A DNA stretch of 64,000 nt from an uncultured delta proteobacterium (GTDB lineage Bacteria > Desulfobacterota > Desulfobacteria > Desulfobacterales > JAHEIW01): assembly GCA_963706575.1 (NCBI GenBank), contig CAVPNL010000003.1, positions 128,001-192,000 on the forward strand, given 5' to 3'. The notes beneath the pieces are model-generated. The model saw nothing but the letters and a program-made list of their open reading frames with translations. It ran no database searches and had not been told where the DNA came from. This document shows positions 57,563 to 64,000 of the stretch, in pieces; the stretch's first letter is position 1; the number at the start of each line of letters is the position of its first letter. Both the position numbers and the translations under genes were made by a program.

Positions 57563-59650
57563 ATGAAAAAAGACATCCGAAACGTCAGAAACATCGGTAT
57601 CAGTGCCCATATCGATTCGGGGAAAACAACCCTGACCGAGCGTATTCTCTATTACACCCAGCGCATTCACACCATGCACGACGTGAAAGGCAAAGACGGC
57701 GTTGGCGCTACCATGGATTCAATGGAGCTTGAAAAGGAACGGGGCATTACCATTGCCTCGGCAGCCACCTATTGCGAATGGCGCGACCATAAAATTAATA
57801 TTATCGACACGCCCGGTCACGTCGACTTTACGATCGAGGTCGAACGTTCCCTGAGTGTTTTAGATGGCGCTATACTGGTCCTTTGCGCCGTTGCCGGCGT
57901 TCAATCTCAGTCCATTACCGTCGATCAGCAGATGAAACGCTATAAAGTTCCCGGCATCGCATTCATCAACAAATGCGACCGCAGTGGCGCCAACCCGGAC
58001 CGGGTGATACGACAGCTCAAAGAAAAATTAGGGCACAATGCCGTTGCCATGCAATTGCCCATCGGGCTTGAAGCAGATTTTGAAGGTGTGGTTGACCTCG
58101 TCGCCATGAAGGCGGTCTATTTCGACGGCGATAAAGGCGAACAGGTCCGTCAGGAGAAAATTCCGGCGGATTTAATGCAAGCCGCTCAGGAACACCGCGA
58201 AATACTTATCGATCAAGCCTCCATGTTTTCGGACGCGTTAACCGAAGCCATTCTGGAAGAACAGAAAATCACTTCAGAAATGATTATCGCCGGCGTCCGC
58301 CAGGGAGTTGTCGAAAGACGTCTGACACCGGTATTCATCGGCTCGGCCTATAAAAATAAAGGCATTCAACCGCTTTTGGATGCGGTAACCCAGCTGCTCC
58401 CCTGCCCGCTTGATGTCGAGAATCTGGCACTGGACATGAACAACGAAGAGCAACCGGTGGTGCTTTCCAATGAAATCGACAGGCCCCTGGTGGCCCTGGC
58501 ATTCAAGCTGGAAGATGGACCTTACGGCCAGTTAACTTACATCCGAGTCTATCAGGGAGCGCTGGCCAAAGGGAATACGATCATAAACGTGCGCACCGGG
58601 AAAAAAGTCAAAGTCGGCCGCGTGATCCGCATGCATGCGAATCAGATGGAAGATATCGAATCGATTCCCGCCGGTTACATCGGCGCACTGTTCGGTATTG
58701 ACTGCGCTTCGGGAGACACCTTCGTCGGCCCCGGAATCCGTTTAACCATGACTTCCATGTATGTGCCGGAACCGGTGATATCGCTGGCCATTTTTCCCAA
58801 AGACAATAAATCTGAGGTCAATGTATCCAAAGCTTTAGGACGATTTACCAAAGAAGACCCGACCTTTAAGGCCTATGTGAACGAGGAAACCGGTGATACG
58901 ATTATTTCGGGGATGGGGGAACTCCATCTGGAAGTTTACATTGAACGCATGCGGCGCGAATATCAGGCCGAAGTCGACACCAGCCCGCCCCGCGTCGCCT
59001 ATCGGGAAACCATTACCCGCAAAGCGGAATTCGATTATATTCACAAAAAGCAAACCGGTGGTGCCGGCCAATTCGGACGGATTGGCGGTTATTTGGAGCC
59101 GGTCCAGGATGAAGATTTTATCTTCGAAAATAAAATTGTGGGCGGGGCGATCCCGACCCAGTTTATCGCCGCCTGCGAAAAGGGCTTTAAAGAATGCATG
59201 CAAAAGGGCCCTAAAATGGAGTTTCCCGTCACCGGGATTCGCGTGGTCATCAATGACGGCGCCTCTCATTCGGTTGATTCATCTGATATGGCGTTTAAGT
59301 CGGCGGCCCGCGGTGCCTTCCGGCAGGGCTATGGCAAAGCCAAGGCAGTTGTCCTGGAGCCTATCATGAAAGTGGTGGTGGAAACACCGACCGATTTCCA
59401 GGGGGCAGTCATGTCGACCTTAAACCAGCGAAGAGGAATGATTGTGGGCTCGCAGGACGAAGGGCCTTTCAGTGTGATCGAATCTCAGGTGCCGTTATCG
59501 GAAATGTTCGGTTATTCCACCGATTTGAGGTCGGCGACCAAGGGGCAAGCCCAATTTACAATGGAGTTTCTCACCTATAAACAACTTCCGCAGTCTATTG
59601 CTGATGATTTGATAAAAAAAGCGGCGGCCGAAAAAAAGAATGTTGCCTAA
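57563..59650 (+). CDS. fusA: Elongation factor G (spirochete/planctomycete/deltaproteobacterial EF-G1 type)
   Basis: [62 protein letters not shown]. Confidence 0.96.
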   Translation: MKKDIRNVRNIGISAHIDSGKTTLTERILYYTQRIHTMHDVKGKDGVGATMDSMELEKERGITIASAATYCEWRDHKINIIDTPGHVDFTIEVERSLSVLDGAILVLCAVAGVQSQSITVDQQMKRYKVPGIAFINKCDRSGANPDRVIRQLKEKLGHNAVAMQLPIGLEADFEGVVDLVAMKAVYFDGDKGEQVRQEKIPADLMQAAQEHREILIDQASMFSDALTEAILEEQKITSEMIIAGVRQGVVERRLTPVFIGSAYKNKGIQPLLDAVTQLLPCPLDVENLALDMNNEEQPVVLSNEIDRPLVALAFKLEDGPYGQLTYIRVYQGALAKGNTIINVRTGKKVKVGRVIRMHANQMEDIESIPAGYIGALFGIDCASGDTFVGPGIRLTMTSMYVPEPVISLAIFPKDNKSEVNVSKALGRFTKEDPTFKAYVNEETGDTIISGMGELHLEVYIERMRREYQAEVDTSPPRVAYRETITRKAEFDYIHKKQTGGAGQFGRIGGYLEPVQDEDFIFENKIVGGAIPTQFIAACEKGFKECMQKGPKMEFPVTGIRVVINDGASHSVDSSDMAFKSAARGAFRQGYGKAKAVVLEPIMKVVVETPTDFQGAVMSTLNQRRGMIVGSQDEGPFSVIESQVPLSEMFGYSTDLRSATKGQAQFTMEFLTYKQLPQSIADDLIKKAAAEKKNVA

Positions 59651-59854
59651 ATAAATAACGACTTGCGTGTTAAACGTTAATGTTATCAAATGGCTGAAAT
59701 AAAGCACTTTAAAAATACAAATACTTCTGTTAACACTCGAAGGCAGTTTGAATTCGAGGACCAAGCATTTCCTTTCAAGGAACCCGAACTTCAGAAAAAT
59801 ACAGCTGGAATCGGAACAGACAAAATCTGTTATATTAGAGAAAGGAATATACGC

Positions 59855-60556
59855 ATGCTGAAAAATGAGCTTATCTTAAAAAATCCGTTGCGGCGAATGG
59901 GTTATGAAAGCGACGATATTCTAAAAGGAGGTCAATTCGGGGCGGTGACGGCCCGCGCCGGTGTGGGTAAAACCGCCTTTCTGGTTCAACTGGCCTTAAA
60001 CAGCATGCTGCGGGAAAAAAATGTGCTGCACATCAGCCTCAATGATCCCGTAAAAAAAGTAAGCCTTTGGTACAAGGAGGTTTTTAACCGGATTGCAACC
60101 CAGTACGCCATCCATCAAAGCGTTCAGCTGTGGGATACCATTCTGCCCCATCGGTTCATTATGACATTTAAAGTGGAAGGCTTCAGCGTTCCAAAACTTG
60201 AAGAACGACTGACCGATCTGATCGAGCAGGACATTTTCAAGCCGCATGCCATGATCATTGACGGCCTTCCATTCGACAATGCGGTCAATCAGGACCTGGC
60301 AGATCTAAAAAGCCTTGCCAGCCACGAGGGGATGCATGTGTGGTTTACCATTCGCACCCACCGTCACGAGGAACCCGGCCCCAACGGCACTCCTGCCCAG
60401 CTGATTCAAATCGCCGATTTATTCGAAGTCGCCATTCAGCTGGTTCCGGTTGGAAAACAAATTCAAATAAAAGCGTTTAAGGGACCCGGCTCCGGGGGGG
60501 ATCAACCCGATTTGATGCTGGACCCTGCTACCATGTTGATCCAGGATCAAACCTGA
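59855..60556 (+). CDS. RecA/KaiC/DnaB-like P-loop protein of unknown function
   Basis: ARAGVGKT Walker A, VLHISL, MIIDG Walker B; SD AAGGA. Confidence 0.78.
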   Translation: MLKNELILKNPLRRMGYESDDILKGGQFGAVTARAGVGKTAFLVQLALNSMLREKNVLHISLNDPVKKVSLWYKEVFNRIATQYAIHQSVQLWDTILPHRFIMTFKVEGFSVPKLEERLTDLIEQDIFKPHAMIIDGLPFDNAVNQDLADLKSLASHEGMHVWFTIRTHRHEEPGPNGTPAQLIQIADLFEVAIQLVPVGKQIQIKAFKGPGSGGDQPDLMLDPATMLIQDQT

Positions 60557-60807
60557 AATACGGGCATGAGCCAGTCTGATCCTATCTGAAACCACCCTTA
60601 ATTGACTGTATTTAAAATGACACACCTATAGCTGCGTCTTCGCCACTGATTCCTTTGCGCCTGTTTTTCGCAGCTATGCTTTGCTTCAACCGGGCCTGAT
60701 AAATGCCTTTATATTCACCCACCCTCAATTTTCCTCAAGTGATCTCATTTTATTCCGATACAAGTAACAACCGTGAAACAGCAAGTAACAAAAAATGGGA
60801 TTTGCCA

Positions 60808-61437
60808 ATGAAACCGTCGAACAGAGAACGCCAAAGAAAATGGAAGCAAAAACAGGCATCTAACGGCATGCGGGCGATAACGGTGATGCTGTCGGTTGAA
60901 ATAAAGGACCTCATCGACCGCAAACGTAAAGAAACCGGAGCGACCATTGCTCAAATTATTGAAACCGCTGTCATCAATCTGCTGACCGCTCCGGAAAATG
61001 AATCCCAAAGTATCGTGAAAACAAAATCATATCAGGAACTTGAAGCGTTCCCGGCTGAGGAACTGCACCAAATCAGCGCTGACTTAAAGTCAATTATTCA
61101 GCGGTTCGACACGCTGACAGAATCAAAATCTGCTGTTACCGGTAACCCCAAAAACGTTACAAATAACGTTTCCGTTGAATCCAAACGGGAAAATTCCACG
61201 AGTAACGAAATTTATCGCCTCGTTCGGCTGCTCAATAATATGGAAGTCAGTCCGGATGAAATTGCGCTTACCCTCAATAAAAGAAAATTCAAGACATTAT
61301 CTGGAAGCGCGGAATGGAAGCTGGAAGATGTCCATGAAGTCTTAAAGGATATTCATCAAAAATACGGCCACATAAATCCGCTCTTTTCGATATCCGTCAC
61401 CCCTAAGCATTCTGACTTGGCAGATCGGGAAGTTTGA
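60808..61437 (+). CDS. Putative DNA-binding protein: RHH-like N-terminus + recombinase-domain-like C-terminal motif
   Basis: RERQRKWK..RAITVML..TIAQIIETAV; EIALTLNKRKFKTLSGSAEW. Confidence 0.6.
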   Translation: MKPSNRERQRKWKQKQASNGMRAITVMLSVEIKDLIDRKRKETGATIAQIIETAVINLLTAPENESQSIVKTKSYQELEAFPAEELHQISADLKSIIQRFDTLTESKSAVTGNPKNVTNNVSVESKRENSTSNEIYRLVRLLNNMEVSPDEIALTLNKRKFKTLSGSAEWKLEDVHEVLKDIHQKYGHINPLFSISVTPKHSDLADREV

Positions 61438-61440
61438 ACC

Positions 61441-61977
61441 TTATTTAAAATATCCACTGGTGACGAATAGATCGTTATTCGTCTTTTTTACATAAACGTG
61501 TTTTAGCTTTCCGCCCGACGGATATTCAACCCAAACCCCATCGACGGTTCCTTTTACAATTTCATTGTAAATAAAGGGTACAACATTTTTGACGTTAAAT
61601 CCGGGCCAACTTGGATGCACAATCATTTCTCCTTCCGCGTCCATGATCGCAATAAAGGGCGAAAAAACATCTGGTTTGATATCCGTTGCTGATTTTCCAT
61701 TGTTTATGCCTGCGACAATGGTAGCCGCATTTTTCATAATCACCGGCTTATCCGCTGCAGTTGCGATTTCGACGCTTTGCTGCTCATCAAGAGATTGAAA
61801 AAACCCGGGGGCTTTACCACCGCCGGGGAAAAAACTCATTAAACCATAAAAGAAAAAGAATAGACCGAAAGCAAAAAGAATATAAAAAATAATCACCTTA
61901 TAATTCTCTGTAAAAAATCCTGTAATCGCTGTTTGATTCACCTGCAGCCCCCTCAGAATGGTGTCTATGCGAGCCAA
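61441..61977 (-). CDS. Membrane-anchored single Cache-like domain protein
   Basis: One TM helix, then IMDAEGEMIVHP, DGVWVEY, KHVYVKK, FVTSGY. Confidence 0.7.
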   Translation of the reverse strand: MARIDTILRGLQVNQTAITGFFTENYKVIIFYILFAFGLFFFFYGLMSFFPGGGKAPGFFQSLDEQQSVEIATAADKPVIMKNAATIVAGINNGKSATDIKPDVFSPFIAIMDAEGEMIVHPSWPGFNVKNVVPFIYNEIVKGTVDGVWVEYPSGGKLKHVYVKKTNNDLFVTSGYFK

Positions 61978-62222
61978 TATTTGGATCGTACATCCCGGTT
62001 TTGGTTCAATTTAATCATATTATGATCAAAATTTCGGCTAGACCTTAATATCCAGATGTACTTTTGTCAAGTATATTTGTACTTTTTTATCGGATTAGAT
62101 GATGAAATTTGCAGTGGGATGAGACACTTGAGTCGGTTTATGGTCTAAATGGAAACAAAAATAGAGTCGTCGCTCAAAAAAAACCTGAAGCGCTGAAAAG
62201 AATGAGGCAAACCGAAATAGAA

Positions 62223-62540
62223 TTAAAATCCACCCGGTGACCATCGGTAGTGAGTCAACAAAATTAGCGCAACAAGGCTGCCCGCTATCGCTAAAGTGAG
62301 CTTAAAAAGCGTCCACCAGTTCAGTGGTTCATATTCTTTGAGCTCAGGTGAGTAAGGAAGGGCGGGAAATGGGATAATGGTGCATCCGCTGGCGGTGGAA
62401 ACAGCGCTTGTCATTCCGAGACGGGCCAATTTTTTTAAAATAATATTGATTAATGGCCGATCATTAAGCAGCTGGGCTTTTTGCATGATTTGAAGATAAT
62501 AATCACGTTTCTGCTCAACAAATTCAGATTTATCCGCCAC
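62223..62540 (-). CDS. Hypothetical protein with C-terminal TM helix
   Basis: GTG start overlapping the end of the XRE gene; CTIIPFP motif; hydrophobic C-terminus. Confidence 0.6.
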   Translation of the reverse strand: MADKSEFVEQKRDYYLQIMQKAQLLNDRPLINIILKKLARLGMTSAVSTASGCTIIPFPALPYSPELKEYEPLNWWTLFKLTLAIAGSLVALILLTHYRWSPGGF

Positions 62541-62997
62541 GATTCGCCTTTTCTTCTGTGGTTGTGATGATTCTCGTTGAAGATTGTGTCCCCAATTTTG
62601 GGCCATCTTGCAAGATATCGGCAATTTTTCTGGATAGATACGCAATTAATTCGATATCGTCTATCCGTGATGCGTTTTCCAACATTTCCAGATATTCACG
62701 CAAATCCGGAAACATGTCAATAACCTTTTGAGATATCTGGGTTCCATTATTTAATTGGGTTGCGGTTGGCTTTTGGTTGTCGGGTGGCGCTTGAAGCTTT
62801 TCTACAGGCACATCCAGACCTTCAGCAATGCGCTTGAGGTCATCGTCACTTATGCGCTGCTTTCCCAGTTCGATGTTTTTTATTTTTGTCCGTCCCGAAT
62901 CCAATGTTGTTTTGAAAGCCCGGGATCCCAGCTCAGCCTGGTTAAAACCCGCCCGTTTTCTTAAAATTTGGATAATTTCACTTTGCGTTAATCGCAT
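62530..62997 (-). CDS. XRE family HTH transcriptional regulator
   Basis: LRKRAGFNQAELG..IKNIELGKQ..LKRIAEGLDVPVEKL; SD GGAG. Confidence 0.85.
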   Translation of the reverse strand: MRLTQSEIIQILRKRAGFNQAELGSRAFKTTLDSGRTKIKNIELGKQRISDDDLKRIAEGLDVPVEKLQAPPDNQKPTATQLNNGTQISQKVIDMFPDLREYLEMLENASRIDDIELIAYLSRKIADILQDGPKLGTQSSTRIITTTEEKANRGG

Positions 62998-63307
62998 CTT
63001 TTTCTCCGTTCAAATGATATTCGGCACAGAAATTCGAAAAAATTTCTCTTTTGTAACGCTGCAGTGATCTTCCAAATACAATTTGTCCGTAAAAATGTCA
63101 ATAGATCTTTTATTATCAGGATCCCATATTCAAGCGTTTGTACCCTTCCATCGCGGGGCTGATGATTCATTCTAGGTTGAAAGAACATCAGCGGCTTGTA
63201 AAAATTCCCGATTTAAAAGGGCAAAGCAATTGGGTGAAAGATGACGACAATCGGTGCGCAAGAAATAATAAAGGGGTTGGTCTGTGGACCTAACCCCTTG
63301 ATATCAT

Positions 63308-63382
63308 TGGAGGCGGCAGTCGGAGTCGAACCGACGAATTGCGGTTTTGCAGACCGCTGCCTTACCACTTGGCTATGCCGCC
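63308..63382 (-). tRNA. tRNA-Cys (anticodon GCA)
   Basis: GGCGGCATAGCCAAGTGGTAAGGC AGCGGT CTGCAAA ACCGC...GGTTCGACTCC...TGCCGCC TCCA. Confidence 0.97.
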
Positions 63383-63392
63383 AAAAAAAAAT

Positions 63393-63467
63393 TGGAGCGG
63401 GAAACGGGATTTGAACCCGCGACTTCGACCTTGGCAAGGTCGCACTCTACCACTGAGTTATTCCCGC
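63393..63467 (-). tRNA. tRNA-Gly (anticodon GCC)
   Basis: GCGGGAATAACTCAGTGGTAGAGTG CGACC TTGCCAA GGTCG...GGTTCAAATCC...TTCCCGC TCCA. Confidence 0.97.
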
Positions 63468-63482
63468 TCATGCAAACGCTAA

Positions 63483-63511
63483 TTTTTAGTCACAAAACAA
63501 TGTTTTGTCAA
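63483..63511 (-). promoter_or_regulatory. Sigma70 promoter of the tRNA-Gly/Cys pair
   Basis: Minus strand reads TTGACA-N17-TAAAAA, 15 bp upstream of tRNA-Gly. Confidence 0.6.
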
Positions 63512-63528
63512 CAAAAAAGCTCATCCGC

Positions 63529-64000
63529 TCATCCTTGCAGAAGACTTCTGGAGCGGATAAAATAATCCGCCCCCGACCAGATGGTGAAAATCAGCGCCCC
63601 CCACAAAAATAAATTGCCGATAACCTGTACATCGAGTCCTAAAAACGGAAAGTGGATCATTAAGGGAATAATGGCCGCAATCTGAAAGCCGGTTTTGTAT
63701 TTCCCCAGATTGGATGCCGACAGATCTTCGCCCTTTTCAGCGATGATATTGCGCAAACCGGTGACGGCAAGTTCGCGACCGATAATAATACAGGCCATCC
63801 AGGCCGGCACCCACCCCAGAGAGGTCAGCATGATAAAGGCCGATGAAACCAGCAGCTTGTCAGCAACCGGGTCCATCACCTTTCCAAGCGTGCTAACCAG
63901 GCCCCTTTTGCGGGCCAAAAAACCGTCCAGATAATCGGTAATTGCCGCGGCACTGAACAGAAGCCCAGCGATGAGCGTGCAAATTCTGTTGGGAAACAGC
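63529..64000 (-). CDS. pgsA: CDP-diacylglycerol--glycerol-3-phosphate 3-phosphatidyltransferase (5' end off the window)
   Basis: TDYLDGFLAR..STLGKVMDPVADKLL, IIGRE, GKYKT; pgsA-tRNA-Gly-tRNA-Cys order as in enterobacteria. Confidence 0.93.
   Translation of the reverse strand, partial: LFPNRICTLIAGLLFSAAAITDYLDGFLARKRGLVSTLGKVMDPVADKLLVSSAFIMLTSLGWVPAWMACIIIGRELAVTGLRNIIAEKGEDLSASNLGKYKTGFQIAAIIPLMIHFPFLGLDVQVIGNLFLWGALIFTIWSGADYFIRSRSLLQG

Noticed and set aside
63213..63565. ORFs 63213-63437 and 63347-63565
   Set aside because: They overlap tRNA-Cys and tRNA-Gly; typical spurious tRNA-derived ORFs

Overview
Bacterial chromosomal segment. Gene content (spd-type EF-G, Geobacter-like pilin with PilR, MglAB, tRNA-Sec) points to a deltaproteobacterium, probably Desulfobacterota; this is inference. 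From left to right it holds: (1) a type IV pilin locus (pilR, sigma54 promoter, pilA) followed by two TMTC/GT-C-like membrane proteins, a methyltransferase-GT2 fusion and two more methyltransferases, a candidate pilin glycosylation island; (2) housekeeping genes (pyrC, lepB, pgpA, larC, rlmD, cinA, rpoH, xerD, arfB, purF-like, rsmG, fusA, pgsA) and tRNA-Sec, -Arg, -Cys and -Gly; (3) a co-oriented 10-gene cluster (44265-54168) joining MglB/MglA to a zinc-finger/Cache/HAMP sensor, a PAS-HisKA protein, a REC-DUF4388 regulator, a second roadblock protein and a TPR-fused PilB/GspE-type ATPase. This cluster is the best candidate for an undescribed G-protein-controlled pilus/secretion module. Intergenic DNA is rich in repeats: a ~150-200 bp hairpin (MITE/REPIN-like) family in four states, and about ten loci of 7-10 nt periodic repeats, mostly arranged as inverted arms and some nested. 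Several single-base +1 frameshifts may be assembly errors. All family calls come from motif recognition by eye; no searches were run.
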